The notes: generated by a model from the sequence alone, not told the origin. 64,000 nucleotides of DNA from Candidatus Babeliales bacterium (GCA_963722255.1 CAVRJO010000002.1:448001-512000), one strand, 5' to 3'; counted from the stretch's first letter, positions 1 to 11,506 are shown. Program-made: numbers and translations.

Positions 1-452
1 GATAAAATTGGAACAACATACCCAAGACCCAGAACAGTATGACCGGCAATTAATGTTAACAACCCGGCGGGAATAGAACAATAGGTGAACAACAATAAAA
101 GACCAACTGCAAGCATAATCTCAGGGAAAAAAAGATTTGCATAAAACAGTGAAAGAAAATTTTTTAAACGACTTTGGGTTGAATAAAATACTAAAAAAAT
201 ACCCATTGTTAAGCTAAGAATCACCGATGCTGTCGCAACAATACATGAATTTTTTACCACGTGCCAAATTTCATCAGATTCAAAAAGCTCATGATACCAT
301 TGCCATGAAAACCCAACCCAACGATAGGGAAATGCTACCTCATTAAAAGAAAATAAAACCAATACCGCTATGGGAATATATATAAATAAAAAGCAAAGAC
401 AAATCATTGCCGAAAAAAAATGTGAACCAAAAAATTGTCTAACTATTTTCAC
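1..452 (-). CDS. potC: Spermidine/putrescine ABC permease PotC (5' part; runs off window start)
   Basis: Manual translation from GTG at 452: ...LFIYIPIAVLVLFSFNEVAFPYRWVGFSWQWYHEL...FPEIMLAVGLLLLF...GLLTLIAGHTVLGLGYVV; directly follows potB. Confidence 0.85.
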   Translation of the reverse strand, partial: MKIVRQFFGSHFFSAMICLCFLFIYIPIAVLVLFSFNEVAFPYRWVGFSWQWYHELFESDEIWHVVKNSCIVATASVILSLTMGIFLVFYSTQSRLKNFLSLFYANLFFPEIMLAVGLLLLFTYCSIPAGLLTLIAGHTVLGLGYVVPIL

Positions 453-1323
453 TATCAATCTTTCTTTGATGATCTATTTCTTTGTGTGAAAAAAATCGAA
501 GAAATATAAGCACTAAACAACACAAAATAATACTGCTACCTAAGGTAAATGCTGCACCTAATGGTCGATCTTGGCCTATTAAGAAAAAATGTGAAATTGC
601 TGTACCCACAAACATATACTTATCACCACCCATGAGAAGTGGAATAACAAATTCGCCAAACGCAGGAACAAATACCAATAAAATTCCCGTTTGTATTGCA
701 GGCCTGGTTAATGGTAAAATTATTTTAAAAAATGTTTGTAGATGGGTCGCTCCAAGATCTTGAGAGGCTTCAACAAGAGTCAAATCAAACTTTTCTAAGC
801 TGGTAAATAAAGGCATAATCATGAATGGTAAATAACAATAAAACATAACAATCATAATTGCAAAAAAACTATTAAGCATAAGAATTGGTTCGTGTATTAA
901 ATCAAGCATCAACAATATACGATTTAAAAGACCATCTTTATCAAGAACAAAACTCCAAGCATAGGTCAAAACCAATAAGTTGGTAACAAAAGGTAAAACA
1001 AGAAAAAAAAGAAAAAAATTTTTCCATTTTCTTTTTTTTAATGCAATATAATAGGTCAAAGGATAACCAACCAGTAAGCAAAATAATGCAGTGAAAAAGG
1101 CAACACATAAAGAGCGTGCAATAATATGCACATACTCAGAAGCCAAAATTTGATAATAATGATCGAACGTAAGATTATCAAATGATACCGGTTGTGAAAA
1201 ATCTTTAATGAAGCTCAACACAACAAGAAAAAGTAAAGGAATTCCAAAAAAAACAAACTGCCATACAAAGGCAGGTACCGCTTTAAAGAAAAAAACTTCT
1301 TGTCGTGTTAACTGTTTTTTCAT
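439..1323 (-). CDS. potB: Spermidine/putrescine ABC permease PotB
   Basis: EAA loop LVEASQDLGA, GYPLTYYI, YLPFMIMPL; start taken at MKKQL (ORF track extends to 1356). Confidence 0.9.
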   Translation of the reverse strand: MKKQLTRQEVFFFKAVPAFVWQFVFFGIPLLFLVVLSFIKDFSQPVSFDNLTFDHYYQILASEYVHIIARSLCVAFFTALFCLLVGYPLTYYIALKKRKWKNFFLFFLVLPFVTNLLVLTYAWSFVLDKDGLLNRILLMLDLIHEPILMLNSFFAIMIVMFYCYLPFMIMPLFTSLEKFDLTLVEASQDLGATHLQTFFKIILPLTRPAIQTGILLVFVPAFGEFVIPLLMGGDKYMFVGTAISHFFLIGQDRPLGAAFTLGSSIILCCLVLIFLRFFSHKEIDHQRKIDSENS

Positions 1324-2414
1324 CGTTCTAAGAGCACCGCATTTTCTTTTTGCCAATATAAGTGAACTTGAGTTCCATAGTCTATAATTTCGCGTGTAAA
1401 ATGTTCTTCATTTTGTTCAAAAACATGAATCAATGAGTTATTTTTCAAACGAACATTATATTGCGTTGATCTTCCATGATATACAATAGATTCAACAGTT
1501 CCAATCAAGATGATTTGAAAACCCTTCAACTTCTTTGATACTAATCAAGATTTTTTCAGGTCTTATACTCATAATACAAATTTTTTCCATCCGACATCCA
1601 TTCTTTTTTTTCAGGAAACCAAACTAAAACATTTCCGATTCCCGGAATTTCTAATGCCGGTTTTGTTTCAATATCTCGAAGAAAGCCTTTCAAAATATTA
1701 GTTGTTCCAACGAATTTTGCAACAAATGTTGAAATAGGGAATTCATAAATTTCTTTTGGTGTTCCAATTTGTTCAATAGATCCATAATGATTCATAATCG
1801 CCATCTGATCAGCAACAGTTAATGCTTCAAATTGATCATGGGTAACATATAAAAAAGTTGTTTGTAGTTTATCTTGCAGATCAATCAAGCTCAACAAGAA
1901 TTTTTTCACGTAATTTTAAATCCAGTGCAGCAAGAGGTTCATCAAGCAATAGCACATCAGGTTCATTTATAAGCGCTCGTGCTAAAGCAACGCGCTGTTT
2001 TTGTCCACCTGAAAGTTGATCTATAGATTTATATGCATGATTTTCCATATGCGTTGAGGTTAAAGCTCTCATCACTTTTTGATCAATAACCGAGCGTTCA
2101 AGACCTTTAATACGTTGACTATACGCAACATTATCAAAAACATTTAAATGAGGAAATAAGGCATAACTTTGAAAGACGGTATTAACACGGCGTTTATTAA
2201 TAGGCAAATCAGTAATATCTTCGTCCCCTAAAAATATACGTCCACTATCTACTTTTTCAAATCCTGCAATTAAGCGCAAAATAGTTGTTTTGCCACAGCC
2301 ACTTGGACCAAGCAAGGCAAAAAATTGCCCTGAAGGAATAGTTAAATTCAGATTTGTAAGAATCGTATTCCCATTATAGGACTTCTTGATATTTTCGAGC
2401 CTGATACTTTTCAT
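1320..2414 (-). CDS. potA: Polyamine ABC ATPase PotA, split by about three single-base frameshifts
   Basis: [29 protein letters not shown] and a hidden MSIRPEKI segment spread over ORFs 1881-2456, 1556-1909 and 1320-1529. Confidence 0.85.
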
Positions 2415-3154
2415 TATTTTTTCTCGGCTTTGCAAAAAAAATTGGAACAATAACATCAGCTAAGGTACATGGTACGACAACTGCGACAATAAGAAATAAA
2501 AATAAAAGTCCCATTTGGGGATACCAATTACTGAGTCCTTCTGAAATCAAATAAAATAATGAAGCAAGGGAGCTTATTAAAATATGGCCAAAGTGTGACC
2601 CTACCGAATAAACACTTTTTATTGTTGAATCATGTCTACTCATTGCCAACCCATTGATAAGTCCAATGATGTAAAAAGGAATAACATTGTGCAATTCTGA
2701 AATCAAGCAAATATGAAAATGCATATGCACACCTAAAAACAATACCCGCCAAATAGGGCAAAATTACATCAGATAGGGTGCAAAAGAAAAGCGAAGAAAT
2801 AATAGCAACAACAATCCCTTTGGCAACATTATTAGAAAAGCGAGAAAACGTTACCAAGCATCCGGTCATTGCAAAAATTATATGCAAAAAGTGAAAACTA
2901 TGAAAAAGTACATGCGCTCCTTCCATAGCATGATCGTGTCCATGGCTATGCCCATGATGATGTTCATGGCCTAAGCCAAAAACATCCAATAAGCTTAAAA
3001 TTACTAATCCTAATGCTAGTGAAAAGACCGCATAGGGTAAATGATGTAATAGCTCACCTAAGAGATTACCTTCGTGATGGTCATGCGTTGCACAGGTTTG
3101 CGATGTTTTATGATCCATAATAATCCTATCCATTTTTAAACTTTTTATAAACAA
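2374..3154 (-). CDS. His-rich integral membrane protein (possible metal transporter), frameshifted near 2740
   Basis: HEHHHGHSHGHDH loop, several TM segments, repeated CTL(S/A)DVI motif across ORFs 2636-3154 and 2374-2742. Confidence 0.55.
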
Positions 3155-3223
3155 TGAAAGGCCGTTTGACCGACCTTTATCGTTAACTATAAATTGTTTT
3201 CAAAATAAATCAAAAAAAACTCT

Positions 3224-3257
3224 TTAAAATGCATGGCCAAGGGTTAAAAACAAAGAA
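3224..3257 (-). pseudogene. Stranded copy of the 3' end of the Omp85/BamA-family gene
   Basis: Encodes SLFLTLGHAF*; 29/34 nt identical to 4226-4259 (SWFLTLGHAF*). Confidence 0.8.
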
Positions 3258-3298
3258 AAGCGGTACTTTGTTGAAATTATTCAACAAAGTACCGCTTT
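3257..3298. terminator. Intrinsic terminator-like hairpin
   Basis: aaagcggtactttgttgaa-atta-ttcaacaaagtaccgcttt, 19-bp stem downstream of the 3319-4123 gene. Confidence 0.8.
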
Positions 3299-3318
3299 AT
3301 CATTCTTATTAGTAAATT

Positions 3319-4123
3319 TTAGTACTTACGTTTTAATACCTCAGCAATATCTTCTTTTGTCATAGGAAGAATCTTAATGATTTTTCCATAAGTATCTCCT
3401 AATAGATCGTCATAGCTCACTGTTTTATATGCAGTCTGCTTCATCTTTTCATCAAAATAGGGTTCTACTCGCCAATCTGTTATAGGATGCAAAGCACCTT
3501 TTTCTTTCGTACGAAATAGTAGCCCATGGAATCGACCATGATCTAGCAGGCGGTTTTGTTCCAGGTCTATTATCAATAAAATCAAAATAATCGTCGTTAA
3601 ATGTTAAATTAAGAACCATCGCTCTTATTTCTGGACCCTTTTCCAAATTATCATACTCATAGGTTTGTGTTAAAAATTTTTCAAATTTATCAACATCAAA
3701 AATTAATTTTACTCCTGACTTACCATCAGCTTTACATAAATAAAAAACAATCTGATTAGAGTCCCTTCGTACAATCAACCCTTTGTTCTCGCGAGAATCC
3801 GTTATCAAATAGGGATTGGCGAACATAAAATCAATAGCAATTGGCTTATTGGCTTTGTAGACTTGCATAAATAAACTTGGAGGGCCATAACATTCTTGTT
3901 GAGAGATTGAGTCATTTCCAAATGCACCCTTAAAATAAATCCATTCACCACAACGTATTTCCGTTATTGTGATATCTCCTATCGAATAATTGCCTGAGAC
4001 ATAGTCTCCTTGCGTCAAATTTTTCTTGAACCTATGAGGATCTTGAAAGGGAAATTTAGCTCTTTTTGCACTTAAGGACATAGAAAAAGCTGCTATAATA
4101 ATAAAAAAAATTACTTTCTTCAT
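3319..4123 (-). CDS. Secreted hypothetical protein, frameshifted near 3580
   Basis: Signal peptide MKKVIFFIIIAAFSMSLSA; overlapping ORFs 3452-4123 and 3319-3585. Confidence 0.6.
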
Positions 4124-4225
4124 ACTTTGATCCTCTTAAAAAATCAATTAAAAAAAATTTATTTACTAACAGTATTATTATAGCAAAGTGTCGCACAAAC
4201 GAGCAATAAATTTAAATATAAATTT

Positions 4226-7150
4226 TTAAAATGCGTGGCCGAGCGTTAAAAACCACGAATACCATGATTCTTCTGGAACATGTTTCTTCCATTTCCATCC
4301 TAAATCAAACCGAACAGGTCCAATTGGGGTATAATAACGAATACCAAAACCTGTTCCGGCTAAAAAATGGCTCTTAACAACTTCAGTAATCGAACGATCG
4401 GCCAAAAACCCAATATCTTGAAAAAGAACTCCTCCTATACTCCAAAATAGGGGAAATCTTAACTCAAAGTTCATATTAAACAGAGATTTACCTCCTTGTG
4501 GCACGAGAATATTCTTGCCCTTGTGCTTGAAACTACCCAGTGGAGGGCCAAAGTCTTGATCATAGCTTCTTAAAGAGTTTTGTCCGCCAATAAAAAACGT
4601 AAAGGCGGCATAATATTAGGAAAATCCTGATTAAAAATATGCCCTGCTCTAAAACGCATAGGCCACAACAGATGATATCCATGAAACAGGGAAAAAAACG
4701 GATTGCTCAAAAAGAAACTTAAAAAAAGTTGTGCTTATTCTTCTGAGTGGAACCATGATCTGGCAAGAAGCAACCGTTAACGTTCCATAGGTTGGATTTA
4801 CATCATTATCTAAAAAATTAATTACCAAATCCGGTTCGGTGTAAATATAAGGTACTTGTTTATCGACTAAAACCGTTTCAAAATTAATCGCACGAGCCAT
4901 TTCAAGAGAGAATTTATTGGTTTCCATTACTTCAACACCTATATTTACTCCAAAGTTGACCATTGAACAGCATCTATTTACACCAAATAAAAAACCCTGT
5001 TGAATTGCTTGATACAAAGGTTTATCACTTCCAATATGAACAGGTTGCGTATATTTATTACTGTATCCTTTAATAACCGTATTTAAAGGCATTGAAAAAA
5101 ACCAAGGACGTTGATATTCAACCGAAATATTTCTATAAAATCGAGTAAAATCCGTATCAATACAAAAATAGTCGCCCGCATTAAACGGATTTTTATAGAG
5201 TCCTGTTCCTCCGAATTTATAGGTCGTTCCTTTTCTGAATTCTAATAAGGTTTTACTTACTTGCTGAAATCCTGCTCTTAAACGTATTTCAAAAGGTTCA
5301 TCTTGTAATAGTTTAATAATAATTGCTTTTTGCTCCTCTTGTTGAGCAATATCATACGGTGACAAGTAAATAGTTTCAAAGATTCCTAACTTGCGTAGCC
5401 GCTTTAATGAATCTTCCATTTTTTGCTTTTGCCACACATCACCTTCCTTGAAAGAAAGCTCGCGAACTATATTATTAAAAGGAAAGCTCGTTGATCCGAG
5501 CAGAATAATCTTTCCAAATTTTACAACCTTATCAATTCCTGCAATTTTCCAAATAACAGCAACATCAGAACCGTTATGGGTAATGTCCGGTTTGACATCA
5601 ACGTATAAAAATCCTTTTTTTTGAAAATAATCCATAAGCCATTGTCTCTGAACTTGGATCTGATTAGGATCAAATGGAACTGCTTCCTTACGTAGGCAAC
5701 TATTAAAAGGCGCCATTTTTTCAAGTTCAGGGAAATTCTCAATAATTACTGATTTGAGAAAACGACGTGAACCTTCAATAAGATTAATATATACCTCATA
5801 AATGGCCGGATCCTCTATTTTTTTATAGTCTTGATTGACTATCTTGACGTCTAAAAAACCATGACTTACATAAAAATTGGCCAATTTTTGTAATGATTGA
5901 CGCAAATAGTCTTCATCAAAAGGTTGTTTGAGAAACGATGAAAAAAAAGATTGAAGAATCTTATGGGTAAAACTTTCAGCACCTTGTATGATAACTTTTT
6001 TTATACTACTGCGTGATCCTTCCTTTATTAAAAAATAGTTTCGATGATCTTCTTGCTTAGTAGTAACTTCAACTTCCCAAAAACCTTTTTTTTGATAAGC
6101 ATCGATAATTTCTTGTATTAAAAATGAATCGGGTAATAACGCAGTTGATCGTCCAAAGGCAAAAATAATATCAAACAGTTGCTCATTTGAAAAAAAGTGA
6201 TTCCCAAAAAAAGTTATCATCTTTTTCTGGTTGAGCGTAATAGTAAACTCTAATGCAACAGTTTCTTGGTCAAGCTGCAGCTGTTTATTAACCGTAATTC
6301 GAGCATTTAAAAAACCCTTTTTTGCAAAATATTGCTTCAAAAATTTTTTTTGTTGCGTAACCAGTTCCTGTGTATAGCATTGACCATCCAATCGAGGCAC
6401 AAAAAGATCTCTAACTTTTTTCTGAAACCTTTCAGAAATTTGATCTCCCTCCGTTGATGCTAAAAAGTTCAATTGAACATCGGAAATTATAAATTCATAA
6501 CCGGAATCAATTACTAATGTTACAATGATCGTTTTAGTTTTATTATCATAGTTTAAATAATCAACCACACGCCCTTTAAAAAATCCATCGGCTTTGAGAG
6601 CATCATTAATTTTTTCTAAAGAATGTTCATGTTTTTCTCTGTCAAATTGCTCTCCAAACTCTAATACATAAAGATTTCGATATTTCTCTGCTCCACGCAA
6701 TAATCCTTGCACAATAACCTTCTTAAAGGTCCAAATACTTTCAAGCTTTATGGTTAATTCATTTTCCCCTTTACACCTATGTAGATGTAATTCTGCACGA
6801 GAAAACTTATTTTTCATTTTAATATGCAGGCAAGCCTCTACCAATTGTTGTTGCGTAACAAGATCTCCTTGAGTAAAACCAAGCAGATAGTTTTGCTCAT
6901 GAATTTCCATAGAGACATCTGTTTCAAAACGTAGAGTATCTACCTTAAATGATTCCGGAAATAGTGAAAGAAGCTCTCTTATCTTGGAACGATCGGCTGA
7001 AAAATCAACCGTTACGCTATTGACCAGATCATGAGCTTCATAACAAGATTTTTCTTGATCAGCTTGTATTGCTCTTAGCGAGACTAAGAAAAAAAATAGA
7101 ATAGAAAAGTGCTTTAACCTTTGAATCACTGTTACCCTAATGCTCTTCAA
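4226..7150 (-). CDS. Omp85 (BamA/TamA-family) outer-membrane protein with POTRA domains; two indels near 4600-4660
   Basis: POTRA-like repeats, GG..SLRSY motif, C-terminal GFGIRYYTPIGPVRFDLG...LGHAF. Confidence 0.85.
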
Positions 7151-7394
7151 ATAATGAGAACATCAGTTTAGCATAAGAGCAAAAAAATTTATAAAATGTT
7201 TTCCTGCAGTACGTCGCTGACAAACAACACAAATTCGACAATAATAAATCGTGTAATTGAGCTTATAACTATTGAAAATATACACTTAACAACACAAACA
7301 CTATTTGAATATATATATTTTTTTGCTCTGCTCAAAAGGGTTTTAATAAATTGTAAGAAAAGTTCTTGTTATATAAAATGGGAAAAATATTTTA

Positions 7395-7733
7395 TTATTT
7401 TTTGGTATTTTGCGTAAGACCTAGTGAAGTTACAATACCATTTCGTTCAAGTAAAATATCATAACCAAGACCTTGAAGGACTTTAAATAGGCTTTTGGTA
7501 TTAAAGCTTACTTTAAAGCCAGATTTCATATCTTGCACAATAGTTGGGGATACTCCAGCAAGTTTTGCTAATTTTCTTACCGAAATATCATCTTCTTCCA
7601 TAGCTGCTAAAATTAGTTCGGAAAGTAAAAAATCATGATAGCCTTCTTCATATTCCCGTTTTTGCTCAGGAGTTTTGGCTTCCATAAACTCTTCAAACGT
7701 TGTCTTAACTTTCTTATTTATTCGCTTAGTCAT
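7395..7733 (-). CDS. XRE-family HTH antitoxin
   Basis: ISVRKLAKLAGVSPTIVQ HTH; overlaps the upstream toxin gene. Confidence 0.8.
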   Translation of the reverse strand: MTKRINKKVKTTFEEFMEAKTPEQKREYEEGYHDFLLSELILAAMEEDDISVRKLAKLAGVSPTIVQDMKSGFKVSFNTKSLFKVLQGLGYDILLERNGIVTSLGLTQNTKK

Positions 7734-8109
7734 AATAAGTTCCTTCTTTATATCTTTGAGTGTAATCCACTTTTGCTTTTATAGCACGTTCCTTTTCCCT
7801 TGGAGGCATTTTTTGTGATTGTTTTTTATAGGCATTTGTAATAATTATTCGTGAACCTTCAAAAAAGAAACATAAAAATCTATCTGGCGCCGGTTTAAGC
7901 GCAAAAATTTGGTCACCTTCATTGGTAAATTTTTCTTTATTACCGATTTTTCCCGTATCTGCTAACCTTTGAATTAAATAGAAAGTTCTGTTTTTTTGTT
8001 CCTCGGTTAATTCAAGGAAATATTCAAGTGCACCACTATTGCCTCTATTATTAAAATACCACTCGACAGTAAATTCTAAACCCCGATATGCTATAAATTT
8101 TCTCTTCAT
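7726..8109 (-). CDS. RelE/ParE-like (Gp49-type) toxin, HigBA-like toxin-first order
   Basis: IFALKP..DRFLCFF...IIITNAYKKQSQKMP.REKERA pattern. Confidence 0.8.
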   Translation of the reverse strand: MKRKFIAYRGLEFTVEWYFNNRGNSGALEYFLELTEEQKNRTFYLIQRLADTGKIGNKEKFTNEGDQIFALKPAPDRFLCFFFEGSRIIITNAYKKQSQKMPPREKERAIKAKVDYTQRYKEGTYYD

Positions 8110-8202
8110 TGTTTCCTAAATAAATTATACACACATGAATATCGTACCAGAAATCTAATACAATTTCAATATTTATATGGTTAATAAGGACTGAGATTTT
8201 AC

Positions 8203-8233
8203 TACTGGATTCCACGCTTCGCTCTGAATGACA
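8203..8233 (-). repeat. REP-like unit (GTCATTC...GGAATCCAGT)
   Basis: Same family as 37268-37310 and 59889-60100. Confidence 0.65.
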
Positions 8234-8269
8234 TTTGTGTGCGTTAGCTTGTGTACTACAGCATAGAAA

Positions 8270-8465
8270 TGTATTTTTTAGAAATATTTCCTTTGAGCCC
8301 AACACGTTGAAGGCTTTGCAGCATATCCCAAAAGGGATGTGCGAGAAGCCGCCTTTTGGGCGATAAAGAGAGATCCCTAAGAGAGACTTCTCTTAGGTGC
8401 CCTTGTCTTAAAGGTATTGGGCAAGCAATACCTTTATAAAAAAAAGCTTTGTGGCAAACAAAATA
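8270..8465 (-). repeat. Dispersed hairpin element TAAAGGTATTG-N6-CAATACCTTTA (copy A)
   Basis: Hairpin 8409-8436; related copies at about 10398-10457 and 59678-59830. Confidence 0.7.
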
Positions 8466-8483
8466 CTGCAAAAGATACAACCC

Positions 8484-8762
8484 TTATTCAATAATTCGGA
8501 AAACACCCCTATAATCCCGTTCTTTTATAAAAGGCTCTATCTCAATTGCTTCTGCAGACTTCTTACTCATCTCTTTATGAAGAACATCTACAAACTGATT
8601 AATCGGATCCTTTAGTCCACACACAACAATTAAGATTGCATTATTATCAATTTGTGCCGTACCTTCAAGCGATAATTTTTTAGCGTTCTTTTGGACACAA
8701 TTATGTAAAAAAGCCTCCGAAACATTACATAAAAACCGTATACGTAAACATTGAGCCATCAC
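8484..8762 (-). CDS. Acylphosphatase-like small protein (divergent)
   Basis: Size, VQKNAKKLSLEG..QI and C-terminal F.I pattern; canonical GxVQGV motif degenerate. Confidence 0.55.
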   Translation of the reverse strand: MMAQCLRIRFLCNVSEAFLHNCVQKNAKKLSLEGTAQIDNNAILIVVCGLKDPINQFVDVLHKEMSKKSAEAIEIEPFIKERDYRGVFRIIE

Positions 8763-8922
8763 TTCTCCCTTTTTTAGACTTTTACACTCTTTCTGCAGAA
8801 CTTACCAAATCAATTTTATTAATGTCAAAAAAGTAATAGATTGCCATAACCTGGACTTACAAAAAAGTAATGGTTAAACTCATAATGACAGCTTTTTTTA
8901 AACCTTAAAAATACTCAATGCC

Positions 8923-10362
8923 ATGAATACCATATCGTCTTCGATCCGCGTTCGTTTTGCCCCATCTCCCACCGGAGTTTTACACCTAGGAAGTGTTCGT
9001 ACTGCTCTTTTAAACTATCTCTTTGCACAACAAAAAAATGGGACATTCGTTTTACGTATAGAAGACACCGATCCTGAAAGGAATTTTGATCCCAACGGCA
9101 AAAAACTTATGGAAGATATGGCATGGCTAGGACTTCCCTATACAGAAGGCGGTGAACTTGGTGGTCCTTATGGACCCTATTATCAATCACAACGTACCTC
9201 TCTCTATCAAGAGCAGCTTGATATTTTAAAAACAAAAAATGTTCTCTATCGTTGTTTTTGCACCGCTGAAGAACTCGAGCGCAAAAGAGTTCGTTCATTA
9301 GCTTTAAAAATTGCTCCTCGCTATGATCGAACATGCCTAAAATTAACCGAGTCAGAAATTCAAAAGAAATTAACTGATAATGTCCTTTTTATATGGCGTT
9401 TTAAGATTCCCGATGATTATATTGCTACCGTTCATGACCTTGCTCATGGAAAAATAAATTTTGATCTAAACCATTTTTCAGATTTTCCCGTAAGCCGTTC
9501 CGATGGCACATTTACATTTCTTTTTGCTAACTGCATTGATGATATTCTTATGAAAATTACCCATGTATTGCGCGGTGAAGATCATCTTTCAAATACGGCA
9601 AATCAGATATTGCTTTTTGAAACCTTTGGCGCTCCAACTCCATTGTTTTGGCATTTACCAGTCTTATGCAATGTCGATGGCAAAAAAATGTCAAAAAGGG
9701 ACTTCGGTTTTTCATTACAAGATTTAAAAAATGGTGGATTCCTACCTGAAGCAATTAATAACTATTTAGCTATTACGGGCGGATCATTTACTCACGAAAT
9801 TATGGATATGAAGACCCTTACGAGTGCAATGAATTTCGATTCGATCAAACCGGTCAGTAATATACGCTACGATGTTGAAAAATTAAAATGGGTTAACCAT
9901 AAATGGATTCAGCTCTATGATTCTGAAATGTTACTTGAAAAGGTTTTGCCTTATTTAACAACAGCATATCCAAAAATTACACAAGTAAATCATCAAAAAT
10001 TATTAGAATTAGTTAACACAATAAAATCAGAACTTATCACATTAAATGATGTTGTTCCCATGCTCAATTTTTACTTTGAAAAACCTATCATCACACATGA
10101 AGCAATTCTTGAACATATTCCCGCAAATTTACAAGAATCTATGAAAGCGCTTATAAAGCATGGTATTCATCATGTTACCAATGTTGAAAATTTTTTAGAA
10201 ATAGTAAAAAATGAAGCAAAATCTGCGCAAATACCAACAAAGCTTCTTTTTACCATCTTACGATTATTACTTACCGGATCAACACATGGACCTAGCATTA
10301 AAGATATTATGACTGTTCTTGGTGCGCAAGAAACAGAAGAACGCTTAAACTTATTTTTATAA
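8923..10362 (+). CDS. gltX: Glutamate--tRNA ligase
   Basis: RFAPSPTG..HLGS, LRIEDTD, HVLRGEDH, KMSKR. Confidence 0.96.
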   Translation: MNTISSSIRVRFAPSPTGVLHLGSVRTALLNYLFAQQKNGTFVLRIEDTDPERNFDPNGKKLMEDMAWLGLPYTEGGELGGPYGPYYQSQRTSLYQEQLDILKTKNVLYRCFCTAEELERKRVRSLALKIAPRYDRTCLKLTESEIQKKLTDNVLFIWRFKIPDDYIATVHDLAHGKINFDLNHFSDFPVSRSDGTFTFLFANCIDDILMKITHVLRGEDHLSNTANQILLFETFGAPTPLFWHLPVLCNVDGKKMSKRDFGFSLQDLKNGGFLPEAINNYLAITGGSFTHEIMDMKTLTSAMNFDSIKPVSNIRYDVEKLKWVNHKWIQLYDSEMLLEKVLPYLTTAYPKITQVNHQKLLELVNTIKSELITLNDVVPMLNFYFEKPIITHEAILEHIPANLQESMKALIKHGIHHVTNVENFLEIVKNEAKSAQIPTKLLFTILRLLLTGSTHGPSIKDIMTVLGAQETEERLNLFL

Positions 10363-10397
10363 AAAATAGTTAATAAAAAAGTCTTCTTTTTGTAAGA

Positions 10398-10457
10398 TGT
10401 TTTATTTGCCACAAAGCTTCTTTATAAAGATATTGCACGTCCAATACCTTTAATACA
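10398..10457 (+). repeat. Dispersed hairpin element (copy C)
   Basis: tttgccacaaagctt...taaagatattgcacgtccaatacctttaatac matches the reverse complement of 8405-8465. Confidence 0.7.
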
Positions 10458-10485
10458 TTTTTTTATAATATATTTTTTTAACCTA

Positions 10486-11449
10486 TAGCGCCCCGCTTTA
10501 ATTTCCGCACAAATGTGCTATACTATCCTTAAAATTTTAAAAAGGAGAAGCGAATGGCATTCAGTCTTGATTTAAGAGAACGAGTAATAGGGGCAGTTGA
10601 TGGTGGCATGCATATAGACGAGGCCGCTAAAATATTTGATGTCAGCAGAAGGGTAATTTATGAATGGTTAGAATTACGAAAAAAAACTGGCGAGCTCAAA
10701 CCAAAAACAGGTTATCAAAAAGGCCATAGCCACAAAATTACAGACTTGGAAAAATTCAAAGCATTTGCAAATTCTAATAAGCAATGTACATCCCCACAAA
10801 TGGTTATTAGATGGGAGCAACTTACAGGCGTGAAGGTCTCTGAAGACGTGATGCTACGGATGCTTAAAAAGATTGGTTTTACATCTAAAAAAAAACTTTT
10901 AGCTACGCCGAAGCAAATGCAAAAAAACGTGCCGATTTTTTAGAAGAAATTAAAGACATCGATCCAGCAAAAATCATTTACTCTGATGAAACTGGAATTG
11001 ACGATAATGAGGTCGTTCTTACTGGATGGGCACCACGCGGAGAACGTTGCCATGCGCAAAAAAAAGCTGAACGTAAAACACGTTATAATATCACGGCAGC
11101 ACTGAATTTAAATTTGTTGTTTGCGCCATTTTTGTTTGAAGGATATTCAAATTCTGCTGTTTATGAAACTTACGTAGAACAGGTTTTGGCTCCTGCGTTA
11201 GAACCTGGAATGGTACTTATAATTGACAATGCTAGCTTCCATAAATCTAAAAAAATAATTCAGCTTATCGAAGCCGCTTCGTGCAGAGTTATATTTTTAC
11301 CCCCATATTCACCTGATTTTAACCCAATTGAGCATCATTGGACGGCTGTCAAAAATGCAATCAGAAAAGCTGCTGAAAATATTAAAGATTTTTATGAAGC
11401 AGCTGTTTATGCATTGAGTGAAATGTGCGCGGCTTAACGAGGGGCGCTA
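10486..11449 (+). mobile_element. IS630-family insertion sequence
   Basis: TIRs TAGCGCCCC(GCT/TCG)TTAA (14/16 identical); TA duplication at 10484-10485 and 11450-11451. Confidence 0.93.
10554..11437 (+). CDS. IS630 transposase, -1 frameshift at an A9 run (10887-10895)
   Basis: N-terminal HTH (SLDLRERV); after the shift KKTFSYAEA...YSDETG, IIDNASFH, LPPYSPDFNPIE (DDE). Confidence 0.92.
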
Positions 11450-11506
11450 TAGGTATTTTTATGTCAAAAATACCTAGGTTAAAAAATCAAATAAAGATAT
11501 TAAAAA

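Noticed and set aside
1320..2414. Programmed frameshifting or true pseudogene for potA
   Set aside because: No slippery sites, and neighbouring genes show the same indel pattern, which points to consensus error
8256..8480. ORFs sharing KGIACPIPL (also 59641-59832)
   Set aside because: The peptide similarity comes from the non-coding hairpin repeat
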